Positions 52,347 through 61,329 of a stretch of DNA of 64,000 bases are shown one piece after another (within the stretch, counting starts at the first letter, position 1; the number at the start of each line of letters is the position of its first letter). The notes under the pieces are model-generated. The model saw nothing but the letters and a program-made list of their open reading frames with translations. It ran no database searches and had not been told where the DNA came from. Origin of the DNA: Gammaproteobacteria bacterium (GTDB lineage Bacteria > Pseudomonadota > Gammaproteobacteria > QZLD01); NCBI GenBank assembly GCA_033852155.1, contig JAWSVA010000010.1, forward strand, positions 65,412 through 129,411. Reading direction: 5' to 3'. Both the position numbers and the translations under genes were made by a program.

Positions 52347-53548
52347 TATCCTCTACGACCTCCCTGGAACTTCAGGTAGTAATATCCACGAGCAGGGTCT
52401 GTGGAATTATTATCACAAATAGCTATCTCTAAGCCATTAAGGACAACTCTTCCAGACTCAGATTGGTCGGTAAATGTACTACCAGCACGTTTAAAACGTT
52501 CAATATGAATATTTTCAACACCATCTATATTCATTAATACTTCAAAGATATCTCCGGCAAAAAGATCTTCGCCAAATTGAAGTCTGCCAGGCTGGAAGAA
52601 TCCACCATCTGTGGTTGCCAATGCCTGATTTACTGCATATTGCACTTCTGACTGGAAGTAGTTCGAATCTACTGTAACCATTAGTGACATGAAGATTCCA
52701 ACCTCTTCAGCATCACATAACTGCACCTCTTGCCCTATCATGCGATACGATTCTACGAATGGTTTTAGTATGGTGCGAATCGATGGATTACCTGCAAAGT
52801 CAGGTACAAAAATCTCACGAGATTTATGAAAACTTTCTATCTCATCGATTATCTGTTCATTGTATTCGACTTTATCTGCATCAAGCTTGTTACGTTTCCA
52901 CAGAATAACGGCAACCTTGATAATCAACCATGAACCACTCCATTCACTCCATGAATGAGCACGCAATACCAAAGGGTGCTCTTCAATTCGGTTTACATAG
53001 TCATCAACTGTAACCATGCGATGCTGGTCATGAATTGAGCGAATACCCTGCTTTTTTGCCTGCTCCATCTCGGCTGGATTATTCAGCCAATAGTTATCGA
53101 AAACTCTTTTCTCTTCAGCTGCAATCTCTTCAGCAGTTCCATCTAGTGTTGCTGAAGATGTAAATGGCTCTTGTTTTTTCGCCCTAGACAGTGCCAGAGC
53201 ATCGTAACCAATAATCTGCAATAACTTACGCACCGAATCTGGTCTGCGCGCAATCTCTAAGAATGCCTCAACTGTAACTCTATCAAGCTTATCTGAAAGT
53301 AAATCAAGTACAGATGATAAAGCCTCGGTTATAACCACTTCTAAATCAGCTGGGGTCCATCGGCTTCTTTCTGGAAAACGAGCTATTAACTCCTCCATCA
53401 TCGCCAAACGGATACTATCGTAATCACGAGTTTGCCAGTTGAAATCGTCACCTATCTCCGGCAACTTATTTGGTAGCTCCACTATCCTTTTACCACAATC
53501 TGGATAGTGACCTTCAAATACTAATTCTGGTGTTGGACTATGAGCCAT
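52346..53548 (-). CDS. Baseplate_J-like protein (P2 gpJ / T4 gp6 family, Afp11-like)
   Basis: 400 aa directly after the gp25/W gene (1-nt overlap), as in P2 W-J-I order. The N-terminal region (DYDSIRLAMMEELIARFPE...) resembles the gpJ N-terminus. Confidence 0.5.
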   Translation of the reverse strand: MAHSPTPELVFEGHYPDCGKRIVELPNKLPEIGDDFNWQTRDYDSIRLAMMEELIARFPERSRWTPADLEVVITEALSSVLDLLSDKLDRVTVEAFLEIARRPDSVRKLLQIIGYDALALSRAKKQEPFTSSATLDGTAEEIAAEEKRVFDNYWLNNPAEMEQAKKQGIRSIHDQHRMVTVDDYVNRIEEHPLVLRAHSWSEWSGSWLIIKVAVILWKRNKLDADKVEYNEQIIDEIESFHKSREIFVPDFAGNPSIRTILKPFVESYRMIGQEVQLCDAEEVGIFMSLMVTVDSNYFQSEVQYAVNQALATTDGGFFQPGRLQFGEDLFAGDIFEVLMNIDGVENIHIERFKRAGSTFTDQSESGRVVLNGLEIAICDNNSTDPARGYYYLKFQGGRRG

Positions 53549-53946
53549 TACAATGACTCCTTAGACAGTGAAAATGTTTGTCGCTCAGTAAAGCCTATTG
53601 TTGCCAGCGTATAAGCGACATGGATATGTAGCATCTCACCATCACCTGCCACATTAACATCGATAGTCTTCGGATCTACCTCGCCGTGCAGCGCCTGAGC
53701 GAGAGACGAGATAAGCCTTTTGCGCGTTACCTGCCACATTGCTGATGTATTTGGTTCAAAAACCAATGTACGCAACCCTGCACCAAATTCCGGGCGAAAC
53801 ACCCTCTCACCAGGATTGGTGAATAATACCTGCTCAATCTGACCACGCACATGTGCGCTTCTGTTCGCCAGGTTGGCTCCATTTTTGCCAACTCTAAGCG
53901 GGAAACTCAGGTATGGAGGATCTACTAATCTTTTTCCCATGTTCAT
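53548..53946 (-). CDS. GPW/gp25-like baseplate wedge protein (Afp9-like)
   Basis: 132 aa with the gp25 signature region VRGQIEQVLFTNPGERVFRPEFGAGLRTLVFEPN. Confidence 0.8.
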   Translation of the reverse strand: MNMGKRLVDPPYLSFPLRVGKNGANLANRSAHVRGQIEQVLFTNPGERVFRPEFGAGLRTLVFEPNTSAMWQVTRKRLISSLAQALHGEVDPKTIDVNVAGDGEMLHIHVAYTLATIGFTERQTFSLSKESL

Positions 53947-53983
53947 TTTTTGAACCTAAATCCTTAGATAAATCTTTTTCATT

Positions 53984-54175
53984 TGGTGGGCATTGCCCAC
54001 CCTACGTTCTGTTACTTCAATCAAGCACACTTCGACTACGCTCAGTGAACTTGTTTTTGTTGGGCTTCGCAAGCTCAGCGCCAACCTACATTCATTACCT
54101 TATTTCCCTTCACTTCGACCTTGGTTTATCTCGAGCGTAGTCGAGAGGCTCAGCGGGCGGAAAATAATCAGCAAT
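53984..54175. repeat. intergenic repeat copy (b): GGTGGGCATTGCCCACC palindrome, CTTCGACTACGCTCAG, CCTACATT and GAGCGTAGTCGAG modules
   Basis: Read directly from the sequence. Fills the 245-bp gap between the spike and gp25 genes. Confidence 0.65.
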
Positions 54176-54191
54176 CGCAATAGTTTTTCTC

Positions 54192-54992
54192 CTACGCAGA
54201 CGTTACCTTCATCGACAGTGTAGACATCTCACCCTGCGGTATGGGTGGACCCGAAGGCCCCATACTTGTCGGGTGAATATGGGTAGCAAACATGGTGAGA
54301 AAACTCTGACCTTTGATAATCGGCTCTCCACCTGCGCCACCTAGCTGTACTTGCGTTGCATCAAGGTTAATGGTTTGTGCTTGAATCTTTATTCCTGCAG
54401 CACCCATCTCAACCTTATTACCATTACTGTCTTCAACCACGACTCCACTTGAATCCATAGTTGCTGTATTACCATTGGCATCAACAATCTCTATCGAGCC
54501 GCCTTCGGCATCCATAGTAAGTGCGCCATCATCTTGCGCACGTAGTTCAATCGAACCATTATTATCAATTTTAAAAATGGCACCACCTGAGTGGGTAATA
54601 AGGATCTCTTCTTCATCTTCCTTATCTTCTAGCTCAATAGAGTGTCCTGACTGTGTGCGCAAAATCTTTCTGGTTGGTTGTGCACCTTCGCCAGTTGGCA
54701 TTGCCTGTTCTGGCTGCCAAAAAGTTCCTGTCCAGATTGGATGTGATACCATCCCCTCTTCAAACTCAACCCACACTTGGGCATCAACTTCTGGAATAAA
54801 ACTCATACCAACATTATCCATACCGCCATATGGAAGGCATGGCAAAGCCCATCCGGTAACCTCTTCACCAAGTACCGAAGGCACCATAAGTTTAAGCTTA
54901 CCGAGTTTATCTGGGTCTTCTCTGTCCACTACGAAACCACGGTATTTACCGTAGTAGCGTTGTGTTGATGAGTTTTGTGTTTCGTCTGTCAT
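54192..54992 (-). CDS. gpV/gp5-like baseplate spike protein (OB-fold + beta-helix; VgrG C-terminal half equivalent)
   Basis: 266 aa starting YYGKYRGFVVDREDPDKLGKLKLMVPSVLGEEVTGWALPCLPYGGMDNVGMSFIPEVDAQVWVEFEEG...HPIWTG, a textbook Phage_base_V OB-fold. It is followed by Gly/Asn-rich beta-helix repeats. Confidence 0.8.
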   Translation of the reverse strand: MTDETQNSSTQRYYGKYRGFVVDREDPDKLGKLKLMVPSVLGEEVTGWALPCLPYGGMDNVGMSFIPEVDAQVWVEFEEGMVSHPIWTGTFWQPEQAMPTGEGAQPTRKILRTQSGHSIELEDKEDEEEILITHSGGAIFKIDNNGSIELRAQDDGALTMDAEGGSIEIVDANGNTATMDSSGVVVEDSNGNKVEMGAAGIKIQAQTINLDATQVQLGGAGGEPIIKGQSFLTMFATHIHPTSMGPSGPPIPQGEMSTLSMKVTSA

Positions 54993-55011
54993 ATACCTTT
55001 CAATTCTATTT

Positions 55012-55185
55012 GGTGGGCAGTGCCCACCCTACATTCATGTGTTTTACCGTATGCATTCCCACGCAGAGCGTGGGAACGAGAAAAAACAAGTCGGCTGAGC
55101 GTAGTCGAAGCCTCTTGTTTTTCAACAAATTCATCCTTATTTTCCTTCACTTCGACTACGCTCAGCGGGCGGAAAATATATAGCA
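55012..55185. repeat. intergenic repeat copy (c): GGTGGGCAGTGCCCACC, CCTACATT and TTCCCACGCAGAGCGTGGGAA palindromes plus a 16-bp inverted pair CTGAGCGTAGTCGAAG / CTTCGACTACGCTCAG
   Basis: Read directly from the sequence. Lies between the hub and spike genes. Confidence 0.65.
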
Positions 55186-55246
55186 TCGCATCACGGTTAT
55201 TACCCAACTCCTTTCTTTTTAAAGAAACAGAGGGTAATCCATTTTT

Positions 55247-56386
55247 TTAAATCAACGCAGCCAAGCTACCCAGCAGGCCACTTTCAATATTGTCACCAAA
55301 GGCATTACGAATAAGCTTAAAATTCTGCTGATATCCTTCAAAGGAGAAGCTGTGGGTTACTGAATCAACGTAATAAATTCCACCCAACCAATCACCAACT
55401 CCATCTACCGGAACTGGCTCTCCTACTCGTAAAACATGTCCATAGAAGGTGCCATCAAGAATACCTTGCGCCTTTACCTTCATCGATAATTCATTTGCCT
55501 TGGCCTGCGCCAAAGTTAACCTATCCTCTTCACTTACACCTGCTCCCTGATTGCGCATCTTCCAGGTGAAATCCGGTAGGCCAGAACCACTACTATCAGC
55601 CGCTGTTGTTCCCATTAAAGGAAGGTTTGAGGCTATAGTCTGAGTGACTACACCTGCTCCATTTTCCGCTGCCACATCGAAGGCAACCATGTCTGGAGAA
55701 TGGGAATCAACGTTGCTGGAGAAATTGATACAATTGGTATCGTCACCGGCGTAAACCATGATGTTTGCCTGTGGTTCCATCTCTAATCGCATCGGACCGA
55801 AATATATCAACCCTTCGCTGATTATCAGTTCATAGCCGTTTGCTATGGCGCGATCCTGCAGAAATACGATATCAGTAGAGTCCTGGTTTATTACTAATGA
55901 TTGTTTACCGACCTGACTATCGGGATGTACAGCTAAACCATGGTTACCTGCAATCTCGGCAACTATCACAGCATCTGTAGTTGGAGCAGTTGCCCCCCAT
56001 GATTTACCTACATGTAATCTATCTAAGGCAATCGATTCATCCTGACAATTCACAGTAACAACGCAGTTATTGTCACTTGGGTAATCAACCGACATCTCAC
56101 GGATATATCCGCGCATAACCTCTTCAGTGTTATCGCCAAAAACAGCCTCGATAACTATTGGCTCCCATGGAAGAAAGATACCTGCGTCTTGCACATCCCA
56201 AGTGCCATCGGTGTCTCTAACTGTGTTGAAAGTCAAAGTGGCTGTGGTAGCTCCTTCTCTGGATGCGTCTACTTTCACCTGTTGCAGATATTGGTAGAAA
56301 TCGGAGATCTCGCTCTCTTGCGATCCTACCTTTATCTTGCACTCTGCCGGGGCATTGTTTTGGGTGAATAATGAGAGTAGTGACAT
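55247..56386 (-). CDS. phage late control gene D-like baseplate hub (gp27/VgrG N-terminal half equivalent)
   Basis: 379 aa sitting immediately before the gpV-like spike as a separate gene. Size and architecture are consistent with Phage_GPD. Confidence 0.55.
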   Translation of the reverse strand: MSLLSLFTQNNAPAECKIKVGSQESEISDFYQYLQQVKVDASREGATTATLTFNTVRDTDGTWDVQDAGIFLPWEPIVIEAVFGDNTEEVMRGYIREMSVDYPSDNNCVVTVNCQDESIALDRLHVGKSWGATAPTTDAVIVAEIAGNHGLAVHPDSQVGKQSLVINQDSTDIVFLQDRAIANGYELIISEGLIYFGPMRLEMEPQANIMVYAGDDTNCINFSSNVDSHSPDMVAFDVAAENGAGVVTQTIASNLPLMGTTAADSSGSGLPDFTWKMRNQGAGVSEEDRLTLAQAKANELSMKVKAQGILDGTFYGHVLRVGEPVPVDGVGDWLGGIYYVDSVTHSFSFEGYQQNFKLIRNAFGDNIESGLLGSLAALI

Positions 56387-56574
56387 CGTTTTATCTATAG
56401 GCCTCGATTTGTTTTACCACTTTTACATATTCGGATGTAGCTTTATCAGCAATCCCGCGGCACATACCTATGCCTTTGGCTATAAGCTCTATACATAGCT
56501 TTTTTACCAATCTGAAAAGAATTAATTTTTTAACTTTTTTCATGTTCCTTTGCCTTTTTTGATGTTTTTAAAAC

Positions 56575-56695
56575 AAAGTGGTTTCGACTACGCTCAACCG
56601 ACTTGTTTTTTGGTGCAATGCGCTTCGCTTATTGACACCCTACATTTTCCGTCCTTCAATCTATGCATTCCCACGCAGAGCGTGGGAACGAGAAG
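56575..56695. repeat. intergenic repeat copy (d): GTTTCGACTACGCTCAA, GCTTCGCTTATTGACACCCTACATT and TTCCCACGCAGAGCGTGGGAACGAG
   Basis: Read directly from the sequence. Lies between the LysM and hub genes. Confidence 0.65.
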
Positions 56696-56706
56696 GTATT
56701 TTATTA

Positions 56707-57000
56707 TTATTCAGATTCCCGCGGAATCAGAATAATCTCACCAATCATATTGCTATCTAACATCAGGTCGGCTCCGTATGAGATATGGGGATTAGCATCC
56801 AGAATGCGCCACCACATACGGTCGTTGTTGTAGTAGTTTTGTGCTAGATGGTCTAAACGGTCACCCTGCTTTATCTCATACTCAACTACGCCTGTTGCCG
56901 GTTTAATATCTCTGAATCTCAGCCCTTTAAAGCCAGTTCCGCTAGTTTCGGATGGAGTAAATCCCGGTGTGTCTTTGTATCTAGATCTATCGGCTCTCAT
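56707..57000 (-). CDS. LysM-domain protein (Afp7/Pvc7-like baseplate/tube-initiator associated)
   Basis: 97 aa with the LysM signature YEIKQGDRLDHLAQNYYNNDRMWWRILDANP. Start overlaps the stop of the upstream tube-like gene (ATGA). Confidence 0.65.
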   Translation of the reverse strand: MRADRSRYKDTPGFTPSETSGTGFKGLRFRDIKPATGVVEYEIKQGDRLDHLAQNYYNNDRMWWRILDANPHISYGADLMLDSNMIGEIILIPRESE

Positions 57001-57635
57001 CAGAACAGGCCTCCTATCTGATTACCAAGATTCATAGCTGCTCCTATAACCTGGCGAATCTTCTCTGCTTTGTAGAAGATGTTGTTCCCTTCGATTACCT
57101 TCATAGAAAGGCTTACCTTGGCGCGATATGGAACTAGATTTGGGAAATGGTCGAGCTGCTCGACAGTGATTGATGTCAGAAATACTGGCAAAACATGACT
57201 GCCCCAGATAAACAACAATACTGAAGCAGACTTATCACGCTGAAATGCTCTGCTGCCACCGAAACCTAATCCAGCCAACATCTGCATTCCGCCAGGGCCG
57301 CTCTCTTTCGGCTCTACCATTGTTCTTAAAGTATCTAACTCTGGTTCGATACCGAAAGTCTCAGCAATTGTATTACCCTCTTCCAATCTATCAGTTGCAT
57401 CAATCAATACGTCGATGGTGAAGGTTTCTGGTTCTACACTTACACCTTGTGCAACCTTTGGAGTCTCTGTAGGTAAAACAAAATCATAACCACTTCTACC
57501 AGGAACATTGGTTTTTTTAATGGTAATGGTTCTGGTTCTGGTAAGGGTTTTTGGATTGAAATCGAACCCTAATACCAACGGTGGTATTGAGAGTGCATAT
57601 TCAACCAAAACTCCTTTTGTAACATTTAACATCAA
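57000..57635 (-). CDS. second tail-tube-family protein (Afp5/tube-initiator-like), tentative
   Basis: 211 aa. The N-terminal segment LVLGFDFNPKTLTRTRTITIKK and the C-terminal hydrophobic beta pattern resemble gp19/Afp tube proteins. Position directly before the LysM gene mirrors Afp5-Afp7. Confidence 0.4.
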   Translation of the reverse strand: MMLNVTKGVLVEYALSIPPLVLGFDFNPKTLTRTRTITIKKTNVPGRSGYDFVLPTETPKVAQGVSVEPETFTIDVLIDATDRLEEGNTIAETFGIEPELDTLRTMVEPKESGPGGMQMLAGLGFGGSRAFQRDKSASVLLFIWGSHVLPVFLTSITVEQLDHFPNLVPYRAKVSLSMKVIEGNNIFYKAEKIRQVIGAAMNLGNQIGGLF

Positions 57636-57922
57636 GCTATACCTTGCTGCTGCGTAGTTGTATTTTTAGAATGCGTACTTTGAGAATTGACGTTTTGACC
57701 ACCAAGGCTTTGCGAAAGAATAGAGTTAGCTATATTCCCTGCAATCGATTCATCGCTATCATTTACCTTTGCAATCACATCTGAAACCGACATAACATCA
57801 ATAGTTGCCGAATTTGTAATTTTGGCATTTTGTAGATATTCACCAATCAAACGCGCTATGTTCTGTCCTCGCGCATCAAAACCTTCTGGCAGTTGAATCG
57901 ACATTCTATCTATATGAATCAT
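57632..57922 (-). CDS. small hypothetical protein within the eCIS operon
   Basis: 96 aa, translationally coupled (4-nt overlap) to the downstream tube-like gene. Polar Q/N/S-rich C-terminus. No PAAR motifs. Confidence 0.3.
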   Translation of the reverse strand: MIHIDRMSIQLPEGFDARGQNIARLIGEYLQNAKITNSATIDVMSVSDVIAKVNDSDESIAGNIANSILSQSLGGQNVNSQSTHSKNTTTQQQGIA

Positions 57923-57935
57923 TGTTCCCTCTCTT

Positions 57936-59282
57936 TCAATTCAAACCACCCTCTAAATATTCCTTAAGGGGTCCAAGGTCTGAATCAAGTAGCTCTCTGC
58001 CATCTTTTGCCATCTCGCGCCAAACTGCAGTAGCGAGGTGTTTATATTCAATCTGTGTTGCATCAGCGGCTGCAAGATACGCTGCATTTAGTGCTGCATT
58101 CTTGATATTTCCGCCATTAAAATTAGAGATTTTCGCTAAAACTGACAAATCAATTTCACTAGATATCGGAGCCTTTGGTGGCAAGCTTTTGCCCCAAATA
58201 TTCTTACGTGAATTAGCATCAGGGCGCGGAAATTCGACCACAACTTGAAAGCGTCGTAAAAAAGCTGAATCTATATTCTTACGGATATTTGTAGTTAGAA
58301 TGCATGGAGTACTAATTGTCTCCAGGCGTGATAACAGGTGACTTACTTCAAGGTTGGAATAACGATCTTTAGATTCCTTGATATCGCCTCTTTTGCCAAA
58401 CAAACTATCCGCTTCATCAAATAGTAAAACTACATCACGACACTCGGCTGTATCGAAAAGACTATTAAGGTTCTTTTCAGTTTCACCAATATATTTACTC
58501 ACCAAACGCCCTAAATCTACTTTATACAGTGGGCGTCCAATCTCGCTGGCAATGATAGATGCCGCTAGTGTTTTACCTGTTCCAGATGGCCCACTAAAAA
58601 GGGCTATCGGTCCGCCAGATTTTTTACCTTGCCACTGCTCAATTACGGTAGATTTATACTTAATCCAGTTGAGATATTCCTGCAACATCTGAACACGGTC
58701 AGCAGGAAGGATAAGGTCACCCCATGAATACTCTTCATCAACCAGGGTTGCACCAGGAAGTTCGATAGCACTGTTGTCGTTGCCAAGAAACAGCTGTACT
58801 ACACCAGGCATCAAACGTAGAGGAGAATAAAGCTCAAACTCCTCATGCTTTATCAGGTTCTCATTTAGCAAGCTTGAGCCGCGCTCAAACACTTTGTAGA
58901 ACTCACCAAGCACTCTCAAATCGATGCAAAGTAGATCTATCAATAATGCTGCAGATGGAAAGTTAGAATTGGTTGATTGCAATCTTTGATATGCCCAACC
59001 CACAGCTGGGTCAAGCTCTGGGGCCAACATGCACGCTAGAACATCGGCCTCCATTAATGACAGTTCAAGTTTACATATACTTTCCCAAAATGGCTGATTG
59101 TTCCTCAGCGAGAAAATCTTATTCTGAACTGCACTTAGTTTTTCGTATTCACTGTTATCTACCGTACCAGCCTTACGGCTTGTCTCTAGAATCGAGCAAA
59201 GAATACGTACCCTTTCACACTCAAGCTCGAGTGTAGCCAGATCGTTATCTTTAAACTCATCTAAAGCAGTGGCTAACTTCAT
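57936..59282 (-). CDS. AAA+ ATPase (eCIS Afp15/Pvc15-like, single AAA module)
   Basis: 448 aa with Walker A (GPSGTGKTLAASIIA), Walker B (VLLFDEADSLF) and an arginine-finger region. The N-terminal ~200 aa is non-ATPase. Embedded in the tail-like cluster. Confidence 0.8.
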   Translation of the reverse strand: MKLATALDEFKDNDLATLELECERVRILCSILETSRKAGTVDNSEYEKLSAVQNKIFSLRNNQPFWESICKLELSLMEADVLACMLAPELDPAVGWAYQRLQSTNSNFPSAALLIDLLCIDLRVLGEFYKVFERGSSLLNENLIKHEEFELYSPLRLMPGVVQLFLGNDNSAIELPGATLVDEEYSWGDLILPADRVQMLQEYLNWIKYKSTVIEQWQGKKSGGPIALFSGPSGTGKTLAASIIASEIGRPLYKVDLGRLVSKYIGETEKNLNSLFDTAECRDVVLLFDEADSLFGKRGDIKESKDRYSNLEVSHLLSRLETISTPCILTTNIRKNIDSAFLRRFQVVVEFPRPDANSRKNIWGKSLPPKAPISSEIDLSVLAKISNFNGGNIKNAALNAAYLAAADATQIEYKHLATAVWREMAKDGRELLDSDLGPLKEYLEGGLN

Positions 59283-59914
59283 TTATCAGCCTCACAAACA
59301 GTAGTTTTAATACCGTGTTCTTTTACCGTGTCCATATCTGCTTTTTTATATGAGATATCAGACACAGTGATGAGAGAAACTTTTTCCACTGGAGGAGCCG
59401 GAATCTTTTTCTCTTTAGGAATAATCGGTGTTATTGAAATTTCGTATCCAATCGATGGTCTGTAGGTAACATCACGCTGATTGTTCCACACCTGATTAAT
59501 CTCTTCGATGGTCAACCCTTGTTGAATAATCTGTATAAAGAACTCTTCACCATCTTCAATCTTCACCTGTACAAATGGTTTCTCATGCAAGATGCGGATA
59601 ACTTCGCCCAGAAAACGCAGATCGTTTTCTCCAGAGCTGACATTATCTTCAGTAACTGCAAATGGAGTTATCAGGCAATGGGTCTTAGTCATTAAATTCT
59701 CGCCTGATGTGGTATCTGGCGAAAATGCATAAGGCTCAATTCTATAAAAGAAAAGATTAATCTTATGGTCAGAATCCTGCCCTGCTGGTTGAGCATTGGC
59801 TGGATTACCCAGCACTACGCGAACATCAGAACCATCATCAATAATATTATCACTGATATGTCTGGCAACCGCGTTGCAAACCTTTGATAGGGAAGAAGGA
59901 GAAGGAGCTGCCAT
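59279..59914 (-). CDS. putative tail terminator/cap protein (DUF4255/Pvc16_N-like), tentative
   Basis: 211 aa, the typical DUF4255 size. N-terminal pattern VRVVLGNPANAQP...INLFFYRIEP fits the G.P...LFLY.V.EN consensus I recall for this family. Stop-start coupled (TAAATG) with the upstream gene. Confidence 0.4.
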   Translation of the reverse strand: MAAPSPSSLSKVCNAVARHISDNIIDDGSDVRVVLGNPANAQPAGQDSDHKINLFFYRIEPYAFSPDTTSGENLMTKTHCLITPFAVTEDNVSSGENDLRFLGEVIRILHEKPFVQVKIEDGEEFFIQIIQQGLTIEEINQVWNNQRDVTYRPSIGYEISITPIIPKEKKIPAPPVEKVSLITVSDISYKKADMDTVKEHGIKTTVCEADK

Positions 59915-61300
59915 TTATATTCTCCTCGTATAGTATTTACTAGAGCCAGATTTACTAGAGCTAGCGTTACTAGAAAAACTACTATTGCTGGATTGACTGC
60001 TAGATGCAGATGAGAAATGATTAGCGGATTCACTTTTAGGTTCTGGAGCAGCAGTAACGATTACATCAATATGTCCAATGCTAACTTTAGGCTGCAACTG
60101 ATTTGCTTTAGAAGAACGGTTTTCACCTTGTGGTTTATTCTTTAGCTTCTGCGCCCTGTTATTCGAACGTTTTGAACCCAGCTGTTTTCTACCATTCAAC
60201 TCAAATAGGTCTTCAATTTGAGTCTCAGCTTCAGATTTTTCTTTTTGATTAGATGGTCTATATCTGTTTTTAGATTGTTTTGAATCTGATGATAGAGCAC
60301 TTACAGCAGACTCTAACTCGGAGAAGATACTAGTCATATCTATCGACTTTTCACCTTCACCGTTAGCATGTTTTTTAGATAAGCGTTCAGAACTTTTTTC
60401 TAAACGCTCAGGCCCTCTAGTGTAACGCTCAGGCCCGTTTTCTAAACGCCCAGGCTGAGTGCGCTGCCCCTGACTGTCTCTCAGATTTATGCCTTCTTCA
60501 TCAATACTCGTCTTACTTTCACGTTGATTTATCTGACTCTTAGTGAGTTCGACCTTTCGATCATAGAAAGACTTGTCTGAATTATAGCGATTGTGCAAAA
60601 TTTTATCACACTCACGCCCAACAGAACTGCTCTCAAAAAACTCAGAATCCGACATATAATCACGATCATTTTCAGCACCATACTTCAGCTTCCGATCTAT
60701 ACTGGATTTATTCACATTAATTTCATGTAAATGTTCATCAGAACCACCACCTTTTGGGTTAATCATTTGTGACTCTTCAGAACAAGGGACATTATCACGC
60801 ACTCTAGATCGCGTTTTCAGCGACCGTTCTACCTGAACACTGTGTAACTCAGCAGCTAAGTCAATTTGAAGGTCATCTTCAATTGACTGTTCATCTGCAG
60901 AGTTAAATTCTTCTCCCTCAACTTCAGGAGTATTGGTTTGGATCTTTTGACTAGATAATTTCGAGCTCTGTAAATTACCATTTTCTAAATTATGCCCTTC
61001 ACGCATAAGGCTATGCGACACATCTTTATCAACTGATTCTTTACTGAATCGCGGTATATGGATATCAGAATCAATATTGGCATCAGCCAAAGGAAATGCA
61101 TTTGAATTGTCCTGCAGGTGACTACTCTGATGACCAGTTTTTTGTAAGCTAGTTTTTGAAGAGCTCAGGCTCGACAAATCGTGGCTGTGTAATCCTTGGT
61201 CATCCGCGTTATTAGAAGAACTATTTGAGCGCATAAAACCACGCTTGGCAGAAGTATTTCCTGCAGCACAGTCCTGAATTATCTCGCTAAAAAATCCCAC
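59915..61300 (-). CDS. highly disordered Ser/Asn/Lys/Glu-rich 461-aa protein (tape-measure candidate or cargo)
   Basis: Almost no hydrophobic segments and Ser-rich termini. Sits between the sheath/tube genes and the cap/ATPase genes. Confidence 0.4.
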   Translation of the reverse strand: MGFFSEIIQDCAAGNTSAKRGFMRSNSSSNNADDQGLHSHDLSSLSSSKTSLQKTGHQSSHLQDNSNAFPLADANIDSDIHIPRFSKESVDKDVSHSLMREGHNLENGNLQSSKLSSQKIQTNTPEVEGEEFNSADEQSIEDDLQIDLAAELHSVQVERSLKTRSRVRDNVPCSEESQMINPKGGGSDEHLHEINVNKSSIDRKLKYGAENDRDYMSDSEFFESSSVGRECDKILHNRYNSDKSFYDRKVELTKSQINQRESKTSIDEEGINLRDSQGQRTQPGRLENGPERYTRGPERLEKSSERLSKKHANGEGEKSIDMTSIFSELESAVSALSSDSKQSKNRYRPSNQKEKSEAETQIEDLFELNGRKQLGSKRSNNRAQKLKNKPQGENRSSKANQLQPKVSIGHIDVIVTAAPEPKSESANHFSSASSSQSSNSSFSSNASSSKSGSSKYYTRRI

Positions 61301-61329
61301 TATATAACCTCTTCTTTCAACCTTTTGTT

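Noticed and set aside
53984-56695. Possible CRISPR array, because of recurring palindromic repeats in a short interval
   Set aside because: Copies are mosaic, of unequal length and orientation. They are separated by full-length protein-coding genes rather than short unique spacers. No cas genes are present.
59815-60033. 72-aa minus-strand ORF spanning the junction of the cap-like and disordered-protein genes
   Set aside because: It is an alternative frame across two tightly coupled genes, and has hydrophobic repetitive sequence with no support.
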